Positions 56,104-64,000 of a stretch of DNA of 64,000 bases are shown piece after piece. This DNA comes from Candidatus Omnitrophota bacterium (lineage in GTDB: Bacteria > Omnitrophota > Gorgyraeia > Zapsychrales > JANLHA01), in NCBI GenBank assembly GCA_022711395.1, contig JAKLFA010000003.1, positions 98,509 to 162,508 of the forward strand, given 5' to 3'. The stretch's first letter is position 1; each line of letters starts with the position of its first letter. The notes beneath the pieces are model-generated. The model saw only the letters and a list, made by a program, of their open reading frames with translations. It was not told the DNA's origin and searched no databases. Position numbers and translations under genes: made by a program.

Positions 56104-59100
56104 CGCCTCAGTGCCGCGGCGATCCATTCCTTCGCCCGCAGCAAGACCCAAAAGACCACCGGCACGAACAAAAAGGTGAACAGGACCGAGGCCAACATCC
56201 CGCCGATCATGACCCCCGACATGGATTTTTTGTAGGGAACAAGGGTGAATAATTGCGGAACAACGCCCAGGATGATCGCGATCGACGTCATCAAAACCGC
56301 CTTGAACTTCACGCTTACGCCCAGCCAAAGCGCCTCTTTGATATCCACGCCTTCTTTCATCTTCTGGACCGTGTAATCCAGAACCAGGATCGCGTTGTTG
56401 ACGACCAGCCCCACCAGCATGACCATGCCCATCATGGCCATCATGTCGATGCTCATCCCCTGAAAGAATAAGACCACATACACCCCGACGAAGGACATCG
56501 CCACCGAAAAGATAATGGCCAGAGGTATCAAAAACGAATTCAGGATCGCCGCCAGCAGCATGTAGGTCAGGATAACGGCCAGGATAAAGGCCTTGCCGAT
56601 CTCAGCGCCGGACTCTTCCTGATGTTCGGAATCCCCGGAATAACGGTAGCCGTATCCTTCCGGAAGGTCCATTTTTTGTTTTACCAGCCTGTCGATCTCA
56701 GCGGCCGCGACACCCAAAGACCCTTTGGAAAGGTCCCCGTCCAGCGAAATGACCCGATCCCGGTCGCGGTGCTTGATCGCCGGCAGGGCGATGCTGTCTT
56801 TCAGCGTTCCGAACTGCGTGATGGGAAACATCCCCTTAAGCGTGATGATATCGATGGCGCGCACATCATCAAAATCCCGTTTGTATTCGTCGGCCAGTTC
56901 CACATTAATGTCATAATCCTCGCCGGACTCTTTATACGTGTTGGTGTCATCCCCGAAAACGGCGGTCCGCAGGATGTTGCCGACCCGCGCCGGCGAGACC
57001 CCGTAATTGTTGACCGCTTCCTGGTCAGGGATGAATTTCATTTCTTTCTTGGGCTTCTTATACGAGGAGACCACCGAGCGAAAATACCCGGTCTCTTCCA
57101 TGACCGCCTTCATCTGCTGCGAAAGCCGGATCATCTCATCATAATCTTTCCCGTAAAAATTGATCTGGACGTCCGCTTCAGCGTCCCACCCCCGGCTCAT
57201 GCGGACCTCCATGTCCGGGATCCGCGAGACGAACGGGATCAGCTCATTGATGATATCCATGTCGCTGCGCTTGCGCTTTTCGGCGTCGGTCAGGTTGATG
57301 GTCATGTCGATATTCTCAACGCCGTTGTTGCCGACGCGCGTCAGATAGGAGGATACCTCCGGGATCGCGGAGACGCGCCGCTCGATTTTTTTGGCCGCCT
57401 CCAGGCTGCGGTCGATGGTGGAGCCCTGAGGCAACGACGCCTTCACATAGATCTTGTCCGTGTCCGATTTGGGCATAAAATCCGACCCCAGATACGGAAT
57501 ATAGATACGCGACGACATAAACACCAGAAGCGCCGCCAGAAGCGTCCATTTCCAATATTTAAAAGTGGCCTCAAAGACATGGCCGTATTCCTTTTTGATG
57601 AATTCAAGGATGCGGTCGGTCTGTTCCACCAGCCAGTAGAACGGCCTTGAAAAACGATGGCGCCTGCCCTCGCCTTTCGCCGAGCCCAAAACCAGCGCGC
57701 AAAGCATCGGCGTGAGCGTGAAGGACGCCAGAAGCGAAAAGACCGTCGCGTAAATGACCGTCAGGCCGAACGGCCGGAAGAACTGCCCGACAATGCCGCC
57801 CATGGAGGCGATCGGCGTAAACACAACAAGGTTCGTTCCCGTCGAAGCCAAAACCGCGATCAGGACCTCTTCGGTCCCTTTGATCGCCGCGTTATGGGGC
57901 TCTTCGCCCTTTTTCAGGTGGACCAGGATGCTTTCGATAATGACGATGGCGTTAGCGATCAGCGTCCCCAGGGCTGTGGCCATGGCCAACAGCGTGATGA
58001 TATTGATCGTGAAGCCCGACATGCCCATCAAGGCGAAGGTCGAGACGATCGAGGTGGGGATGATCACCGCCGAAATGAAGGTGATGCGGAAATTTCCCGT
58101 GAACAAGAACAAAAGCGCGATCGTGTAAAGGATGCCGACGATGATGTTTTCCTGCGTGGACTTGACCTCATCGATGATGGAGGTCGTGTTGTCGCTTGCG
58201 ATCTGAAGCTCGACCCCTTGCGGCAAAAAACCCTGGAACTGCTTAAAGCGCTTCTTGAACTGCTTGAAAATATTGATCGCGTTGCCGTCGGAGACCTTCA
58301 TCACCGAAAGGCCGACCACGTTCTTTCCGTTAAAGCGGGCGATCGAATCCGCCTTTTTAAAGCTGTCGGTGACCGTGGCCACCTCGCTTAATTTCAGCGT
58401 CCGCCCGTCCGATGTCGTGATCTGCAGGTCCTTGATCTCATCCGCCTCCTCAAACTCCCCCACGAAACGGACGCTCAGCGAATTGTCCCCTTTTTCCAGA
58501 AGCCCGCCCGGGATGTTGGTGTTGCGGTTGCTGATGGCATCCACGATGTCCGTGATCGTCAGGTAATACTGTTTCATCAGCATGGGGTCGGCCTTGATGT
58601 TGATCTGGCGTTCTTTGCCGCCGTAGATATCCACATTGGCGACCCCTTCCAGCGAAGAAAGCCTCTGCCGGAACCTCTTGTCCGCGAACTCATACAGGTC
58701 GCGCTCGCTGACCGTGTCGCTGACAAGGACCAGTTCCATGACCGGCGTCAACAGGGGGTCGAACTTCTCAATGATCGGCTTTTCAATGTCCTGCGGAAGG
58801 TCGTTCAGGATCGCCTCGACCTTGTCCTTGACCTCGATGGATTTGACGTTCACGTCGGCCGAAAGCAGGAATTCAATGTAGACATATCCGAGATTGTCAT
58901 AGGATTCGCTGCGGATCTTCTTGATCTCCGAAAGCTCTGAGACCGCGTCCTCGATCTTGTCGATGACCAGGGTCTCCACCTCCAGAGGCGTGGCCCCCGG
59001 ATACTGGATGGTCACCGTGACGATCGGAAAGTCGACCGAAGGGAATTCTTCGATGTTAAGGGTAAAATAGGCCGCGATCCCCAAAACCACAAAGACCATG

Positions 59101-59147
59101 ACGAACATGATCGTGGTCACCGGATGCCTGACAAAAAAACGGATCAT
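56100..59147 (-). CDS. RND efflux transporter permease (AcrB/HAE1 family)
   Basis: 1015 aa with canonical 12-TM RND topology. N-terminus MIRFFVRHPVTTIMFVMVFVVLGIAAY. Confidence 0.9.
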   Translation of the reverse strand: MIRFFVRHPVTTIMFVMVFVVLGIAAYFTLNIEEFPSVDFPIVTVTIQYPGATPLEVETLVIDKIEDAVSELSEIKKIRSESYDNLGYVYIEFLLSADVNVKSIEVKDKVEAILNDLPQDIEKPIIEKFDPLLTPVMELVLVSDTVSERDLYEFADKRFRQRLSSLEGVANVDIYGGKERQINIKADPMLMKQYYLTITDIVDAISNRNTNIPGGLLEKGDNSLSVRFVGEFEEADEIKDLQITTSDGRTLKLSEVATVTDSFKKADSIARFNGKNVVGLSVMKVSDGNAINIFKQFKKRFKQFQGFLPQGVELQIASDNTTSIIDEVKSTQENIIVGILYTIALLFLFTGNFRITFISAVIIPTSIVSTFALMGMSGFTINIITLLAMATALGTLIANAIVIIESILVHLKKGEEPHNAAIKGTEEVLIAVLASTGTNLVVFTPIASMGGIVGQFFRPFGLTVIYATVFSLLASFTLTPMLCALVLGSAKGEGRRHRFSRPFYWLVEQTDRILEFIKKEYGHVFEATFKYWKWTLLAALLVFMSSRIYIPYLGSDFMPKSDTDKIYVKASLPQGSTIDRSLEAAKKIERRVSAIPEVSSYLTRVGNNGVENIDMTINLTDAEKRKRSDMDIINELIPFVSRIPDMEVRMSRGWDAEADVQINFYGKDYDEMIRLSQQMKAVMEETGYFRSVVSSYKKPKKEMKFIPDQEAVNNYGVSPARVGNILRTAVFGDDTNTYKESGEDYDINVELADEYKRDFDDVRAIDIITLKGMFPITQFGTLKDSIALPAIKHRDRDRVISLDGDLSKGSLGVAAAEIDRLVKQKMDLPEGYGYRYSGDSEHQEESGAEIGKAFILAVILTYMLLAAILNSFLIPLAIIFSVAMSFVGVYVVLFFQGMSIDMMAMMGMVMLVGLVVNNAILVLDYTVQKMKEGVDIKEALWLGVSVKFKAVLMTSIAIILGVVPQLFTLVPYKKSMSGVMIGGMLASVLFTFLFVPVVFWVLLRAKEWIAAALRR

Positions 59148-59150
59148 AGA

Positions 59151-59852
59151 TCATTCCTTATTTTGAACGATATTCACAGGGTCATTGTTTTTCAAGAAGG
59201 TCTGGCCGGCGGTCACAAAAAGGTCGCCCTCCTTGAGGCCTTCGGTCACGATCGCGCCGTAGCCGTTGCGCTGATCGACTGTGACCTCCACCTGCCGCGC
59301 ACGGCCGTTTTCGATGCGCCACCCGTAATAATGCTCCCCGGCCGCGTCCAGGCTTTCCACGGGGACATTGATGGCGCTTTTGATCGTCTCATAATGAACG
59401 CGGGCAACGGCCATCTTCGCCTCCTGCTCGATCGCGCGTTCGAATCTCACGCGGACCCGATACATCCCGTTGGCCATGTCCGGCTCTTCAGCGACCAAAA
59501 GCACCTTGCCCGGGACCGGATCCCCGGCCTCCAGCCGTCCGTCCTGGCGCACCCAATACAGGTCCTGCCCTTGCGATAATTTCTGCTGGACCGATTTTGA
59601 AACAAACCCCTCGTAGAGCAGATCCTCTCCGGTGGCGAGGACCGTGATCTTCAAATACTGTTTAACATCCCTGCGGGAAAGTTTCTGCGCCTCGACCGGT
59701 TTTCCCTGGCGCGCCCACTCATCGACCGTGCTGATGATGCTCGCCTGCCGGCGGGAGGTGATCAGCAGCTGCTGGATCTTGACCGCCAGCGCGTAGACGG
59801 CGATGATGAGGATGTAGCCCCAAAGACGTTTGGATCTCCATTGAATGTTCAT
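59151..59852 (-). CDS. RND efflux periplasmic adaptor (membrane fusion protein)
   Basis: Start MNIQWRSKRLW... Its ATG overlaps the TolC stop (ATGA). It lies between the TolC-like and RND genes. Confidence 0.75.
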   Translation of the reverse strand: MNIQWRSKRLWGYILIIAVYALAVKIQQLLITSRRQASIISTVDEWARQGKPVEAQKLSRRDVKQYLKITVLATGEDLLYEGFVSKSVQQKLSQGQDLYWVRQDGRLEAGDPVPGKVLLVAEEPDMANGMYRVRVRFERAIEQEAKMAVARVHYETIKSAINVPVESLDAAGEHYYGWRIENGRARQVEVTVDQRNGYGAIVTEGLKEGDLFVTAGQTFLKNNDPVNIVQNKE

Positions 59853-61177
59853 AACAGGTCTTTCCTGAGCGTTAACTGTTCGATCCTGGCGAGCATGACA
59901 CAAATATTATAAATGGTCCTCTCGCGGTTTAAGCGCTGCTGCGTGAGCTGAAGCTCCGCGTCATTTAAGTCCGTCAGGGTCGCCGATCCGGTCTTAAAAA
60001 AATCCTGCGTCAGATGAAAAGACTCCTCGGCAAGCCGGACCGCTTCATTGTTCGCCCCCAGCGTCTTGATCAGATCGTGGTATGAGGCGATCGCCTGGTC
60101 CAGTGCCAGGCCGAACTGCTCCTGCGCCTTGCGAAGGCCGAGCTCAGAATCCCTCTTCTGGATGCGCGCCGCCTGCAGATCGCCTTTTAAGAACCCTCCG
60201 GTCCAGATCGGGACGGAGACCTTGACCCCGACGGAGCCGTAATCATCCATGTTCGGCCCGTATGGATCCGGGTCCTGATCGTCCCCTTTATGGTTCCAGG
60301 TGGCGAAGCTTGAGACCTCCGGCAAGAACGAGGCCTTTTTCGCGTGAACAAGGTCCTCCCGAAGCTCCACCTCTTTGGACAGGGCCTTTAAAGCCGGCTC
60401 ATTGACGTTCATCGCCTCCAGCATCGCCGCCCCGTCGATCGCTTGATATTCCCTCTCAAATTCGTCGCTTAAAAGAACGTCCGCGGAAGACTCCATCCCG
60501 ATCATGACCTTGAATTCTTGATACGCCGTGTGCCGCGTCTTTTCGGCGTCATTGACCAAAGGCTGGCGCGCGGCCACGTCCGCGCTGGCTTTTAAGAAAT
60601 CCCGCCGGGACACCCGGCCTGAAGCGGAGCGGTCTTCCAGGATCCGCTTATTGTCTTCAGCGTTATGCAGCGACTTCAGCAGGATGTCATAACTGTGGTC
60701 GGCCAGTTTCACGCTGAAATAGCTGACCTTAGCGTTGTAGATCACCGCCTGCCTCATGGCCTCTTCGTTGAAGCGGGCGACATCCATATATTTGTCCTGC
60801 GCGTTGATCGCGGCGCGCACCTTGCCGAAGGACCACAAAAGCTGATCGAGCGAAACGCCCACGTCCGAAAAATAATCCTGCGTGCCCTGCGCCGCGCCCG
60901 GATATTCAAAATTGTGCGTGACCTTGCCGGTGCCCGTGATCTGCGGATAGAGCGCGGATTTTTCTTTCTTGTAATCCGCCCGGCTTTTCTCGACGCTATT
61001 GCGGCTGATCAAAAGGTCCTCGCTCGACTCCAGGGCCTTTTCAATGGCTGTGCTCAGATCGATCTTCACGGCCTCTTTCGCTGCGGCCTGCCCGGCGCGG
61101 ACCGGAAAACACGCGCTCAACAGCCCGAACAGTAAAAAAAACCCGCCGGCCCATATGTTCGAAGGCATTCTGTTCAT
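59849..61177 (-). CDS. TolC-family outer membrane efflux protein
   Basis: Signal peptide. Two coiled-coil/beta repeats typical of outer-membrane factor proteins. Length 442 aa. Confidence 0.85.
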   Translation of the reverse strand: MNRMPSNIWAGGFFLLFGLLSACFPVRAGQAAAKEAVKIDLSTAIEKALESSEDLLISRNSVEKSRADYKKEKSALYPQITGTGKVTHNFEYPGAAQGTQDYFSDVGVSLDQLLWSFGKVRAAINAQDKYMDVARFNEEAMRQAVIYNAKVSYFSVKLADHSYDILLKSLHNAEDNKRILEDRSASGRVSRRDFLKASADVAARQPLVNDAEKTRHTAYQEFKVMIGMESSADVLLSDEFEREYQAIDGAAMLEAMNVNEPALKALSKEVELREDLVHAKKASFLPEVSSFATWNHKGDDQDPDPYGPNMDDYGSVGVKVSVPIWTGGFLKGDLQAARIQKRDSELGLRKAQEQFGLALDQAIASYHDLIKTLGANNEAVRLAEESFHLTQDFFKTGSATLTDLNDAELQLTQQRLNRERTIYNICVMLARIEQLTLRKDLL

Positions 61178-61178
61178 A

Positions 61179-61838
61179 TCATTTCGCTCCTATGGCTTTA
61201 TATAAAAAGGACAGCTGCTCCTGATAACGGCCGTTGATGCTGGCGAAATCCTCGATCTTGATCGTTAAGGCGATGCCGATGGCGATCGACATCAAAGCGA
61301 ACATCACCTGTTCGACATCCAAAGCAGGATCGATCTCATGGCCGTTCTGGGCCTCCTTGATCAACGCCGCAAAAAGGTCCTCCAAAAGGCCGATCCCCAC
61401 GTCCCCGATCCCGGGGCAGTCCGGATAAGCGTATTCTTTTTCCAAAGGCGACAGGGCCAAGGCCTCAGGCCTGCGCTGCTCACCGGTAAAGATCGAGATC
61501 ATTTCATAGAACAGATACGGCGGCTGCAGCTCAACCGAGATCAGCTCAAAGACATATTGGATCAGCTACCAGGGGCTCAGCTCGCTTTTTTTCCGGTTGA
61601 TCTCCCAGGCGATCTTCACGCTGACCAGGCTTTTGTAATAATAAACGACATCCACCTTCTGGGGGAAATAATTGTAGAATGTCCCTTCCGAGACCTCCAC
61701 GCTTTCGCAGACTTCCTTAATAGAGATATTGGCAAACCGCGTTGTCTTGAGCCGGGACATAAAGGCCTGCATCAGAGAGACTTTGGTTTTGACGAATTTT
61801 TTTTCACGAAGGGAATAATCCTGTTCGGCTGGGATCAT
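61179..61838 (-). pseudogene. TetR/AcrR-family transcriptional regulator interrupted by an in-frame TAG (amber) codon at 61566-61568
   Basis: AGGAG RBS and an ATG at 61838. The N-terminal HTH (KTKVSLMQAFMSRLKTTRFANISIKEVCESVEVSEGTFYNYFPQK) is in ORF 61566..61985. The C-terminal ligand domain is in ORF 61179..61502. Both are in the SAME frame (66 nt between the TAG and the downstream ATG), so this is a nonsense codon, not a frameshift. Confidence 0.7.
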
Positions 61839-61971
61839 GACTTCTCCTTTAATGTTGCTCAAAGTATAGACCACTTTAATTCTATAGTCAACTATAAATT
61901 TGTCTCTAAAAAAGACATTCCCCAAAAAGTGTGCTAAACTAAAGGCCGGTTTTTTCAAAAGGAGGTCCCTT

Positions 61972-63015
61972 ATGCCTACAGTCAAAGCTTACGGAGTTTC
62001 TCATTCGACAGAACCCCTCAAACCATTAACGATCGAGCGCCGCGAAACCGGCGAGCATGATGTGACGATCGACATCGCCTATTGCGGCATCTGCCACAGC
62101 GACATCCATCAGGCCCGCAACGAATGGGGCAATTCGATCTATCCGATGGTCCCGGGCCACGAGATCGTCGGCACCGTTTCAGCCGTCGGAAAAAAGGTCA
62201 AGCGCTTGAAACCCGGCGACAAGGTCGGCGTGGGCTGCCTGGTCGATTCCTGCGGCGAATGCCCGGACTGCAAAGAAGGTTTAGAACAGTTCTGCGTGCG
62301 GCCGGTCTTTACCTACAACAGCATGGAGAAGGACGGCAAAACGATCGCCCACGGCGGTTATTCCAAAGCGATCGTGGTGCGCGAGGATTTTGTCCTGCGC
62401 ATCCCCAAGAACCTTCCCATGGAAGCGGCTGCCCCTCTTTTGTGCGCCGGCATCACGACCTATTCCCCTTTGCGCCACTGGGGCGCCGGCCCGGGCAAGA
62501 AGATCGCCGTCATCGGCCTGGGCGGCCTGGGGCACATGGCGGTCAAGCTTGCCAGCGCCATGAAAGCCGAGGTCACGGTCTTAAGCCGCACGCTAAAGAA
62601 AAAGGACGATGCCATCCGGCTGGGCGCCCATTATGTTTACGCCACCGGTGACCCCGCGACCTTTGAAAAATTGGGCCGCCATTTTGACCTGATCATCAAC
62701 ACCGTTTCGGCCAAGCTGGACTGGGGACAGTATCTGGGACTTCTTAAACGGGATGGCGCCATGGTCCTTCTGGGGGTCCCTCCCGAAGCGCCGCAGGTCC
62801 ACGCCTTCCCGCTGATCATGGGCCGCCGCAGCCTGGCCGGGTCTTTGATCGGCGGCATCGCAGAGACCCAGGAGATGCTGGACTTCTGCGGGAAGCACAA
62901 CATCGCGGCCGATATCGAGCTCATCCCGATCCAGAAGGTCAACGAGGCCTACGAACGGGTGATGAAGGCGGACGTCAAATACCGCTTTGTGATCGACATG
63001 AAATCATTGAGTTGA
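61972..63015 (+). CDS. NAD(P)-dependent zinc-type alcohol dehydrogenase (YahK/cinnamyl-ADH family)
   Basis: GGAGG RBS. GHEIVG and GICHSD zinc motifs. [10 protein letters not shown] cofactor motif. Confidence 0.9.
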   Translation: MPTVKAYGVSHSTEPLKPLTIERRETGEHDVTIDIAYCGICHSDIHQARNEWGNSIYPMVPGHEIVGTVSAVGKKVKRLKPGDKVGVGCLVDSCGECPDCKEGLEQFCVRPVFTYNSMEKDGKTIAHGGYSKAIVVREDFVLRIPKNLPMEAAAPLLCAGITTYSPLRHWGAGPGKKIAVIGLGGLGHMAVKLASAMKAEVTVLSRTLKKKDDAIRLGAHYVYATGDPATFEKLGRHFDLIINTVSAKLDWGQYLGLLKRDGAMVLLGVPPEAPQVHAFPLIMGRRSLAGSLIGGIAETQEMLDFCGKHNIAADIELIPIQKVNEAYERVMKADVKYRFVIDMKSLS

Positions 63016-63029
63016 AAAACAGAACAATA

Positions 63030-63066
63030 AAAAAGGCTTCTCAAAATATTTGAGAAGCCTTTTTAA
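63030..63066. terminator. Bidirectional intrinsic terminator
   Basis: GGCTTCTCA-aaatatt-TGAGAAGCC perfect 9-bp stem, flanked by an A-run upstream and a T-run downstream. It lies between the convergent ADH (+) and PEP-CTERM (-) genes. Confidence 0.8.
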
Positions 63067-63083
63067 ATCCTCTTTTTTTATCT

Positions 63084-63923
63084 TTATCTCTGGCTTTTTC
63101 GCTTTCTTAACGCCATGCCCGTCAACCCCGCACCGAACAAAGCGATCGTCGCCGGCTCCGGAACAGCATTGGCTGTTTCGCCGATCAGCGTTGGATACTG
63201 ACGCAGAACAAGCGAGTTATAAACCTCAAGCCGCGCCAACTCCTCTTCTGTAAATTCCAGATAATCCGGAACATCCAGAGCAAAGATCGCGTAGATCGGC
63301 TCTTCGGTCTCAGGGTCCATCGTGTATTCGAAACCCTCGAACAGGATATTATCGTCCGAATGCACGGACGCGCTGGCGATCTCTTCGATCCATGGCGGGG
63401 TCCACTCTTCTGATTCCTCATCCGCATAGGCCCATCGAAACAGCGTCGGCGTCATGTCCTGGTCCGGCGCGTCAAAATCCAGCCCCGGAAACAGGTCCGC
63501 CACCCCGCTGTCTGAAAGCGAAACATACCCCACGCCCTCACCCCACAATCCCAGCTCGATCTCATACCCGCGCCAGGTTTCATTGGAATAATTATAGATC
63601 TCTTCCACGAACAGATATTCGTTCGTTCCGCCGGATGGCTCAAGCCCGAAATAAATATCGATCGGGTCCATGGTCTCGAAATATTTTCCGATAGAGATCG
63701 CGTTATAGCTCTCGGGCACCACCTCTGACCCCAAAAACACATTCAAAGCCTGTTCGTTGGTCATGGGATCATTGTCATTGTTTTCACCATTGACGTAATC
63801 ATCGATATAATCGATCCCTCCGCTGGCATCCCACACAGAAAAATAACCCGCGAAGGACTCGGACGCGGTAAACATGATGACAAAAACCGGCAAAATCATG
63901 GCAATGGACAATCTTTTCAACAT
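63084..63923 (-). CDS. PEP-CTERM sorting-domain protein, acidic (279 aa)
   Basis: Signal peptide. C-terminal [26 protein letters not shown]. Confidence 0.85.
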   Translation of the reverse strand: MLKRLSIAMILPVFVIMFTASESFAGYFSVWDASGGIDYIDDYVNGENNDNDPMTNEQALNVFLGSEVVPESYNAISIGKYFETMDPIDIYFGLEPSGGTNEYLFVEEIYNYSNETWRGYEIELGLWGEGVGYVSLSDSGVADLFPGLDFDAPDQDMTPTLFRWAYADEESEEWTPPWIEEIASASVHSDDNILFEGFEYTMDPETEEPIYAIFALDVPDYLEFTEEELARLEVYNSLVLRQYPTLIGETANAVPEPATIALFGAGLTGMALRKRKSQR

Positions 63924-64000
63924 TTTCCCCTCTCCTTAAGCTGAATTGTAAAATTGTATTGGGAAAGTATAAACGATGTGCTCCGCCGGTGTCAATGGGA

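Noticed and set aside
56622-58391. Plus-strand ORFs 56622..57650 and 57657..58391.
   Set aside because: They are antisense to the RND permease gene, which is unambiguous.
61560-61595. Possible frameshift in the TetR gene at the 7-A homopolymer.
   Set aside because: Both TetR halves are in the same reading frame. The interruption is an in-frame TAG, not an indel.

Overview
This is a GC-rich (about 58-62%) bacterial chromosomal segment in which nearly every gene lies on the minus strand. The lifestyle looks like that of an uncultured, possibly exosortase/PEP-CTERM-type, bacterium.

Main contents, in window order:
- The 3' end of a giant secreted coiled-coil repeat protein.
- A glycosylation operon: B12-radical SAM, a Dpm1-like GT2 and a GT9.
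- A phosphotransferase-family protein.
- A type IV pilus minor-pilin cluster (PilV/PilW/giant PilX-like).
- An aromatic amino-acid/phenylacetate module: iorA, iorB, paaK, an ACT protein and a PaaI thioesterase.
- carB, a SAM-methyltransferase, an ArnC-like GT2 with a convergent GT-C-like membrane protein, a deaminase and a cupin.
- A large PtsI/PpsA-like PEP-utilizing protein with a secreted partner.
- Two about 85% identical GspG-like pilin paralogs bracketing nitroreductase and FMN-reductase genes.
- PsiE, a secreted thermonuclease, and a UDP-galactopyranose-mutase-like FAD enzyme with a GT-C-like membrane protein.
- An AT-rich (about 40% GC), roughly 9 kb foreign island (40.6-49.6 kb). It carries a metallophosphoesterase, an AbiEi/AbiEii-like pair, a GIY-YIG homing-endonuclease-like gene next to a GC-rich DUF1016 gene remnant, an OLD-family nuclease, a MazG-like gene, and a Vsr-Dcm-REase R-M system.
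- An SDR, a STAS-like gene, four tandem PEP-CTERM proteins, and an MFS exporter.
- A TetR(pseudo)-TolC-MFP-RND efflux operon, a Zn-ADH, and one more PEP-CTERM protein.

Most notable non-coding features:
- A four-copy intergenic element family of 130-200 bp, built as long imperfect palindromes of phased 8-bp units (GACACTNN on the left arm, CTTAGTGC on the right) around a conserved hairpin with loop CCAATGT.
- A second CA/GT-rich long palindrome family.
- An in-frame amber codon in the TetR gene upstream of the efflux pump.
- A candidate SRP-like small RNA with its own intrinsic terminator.
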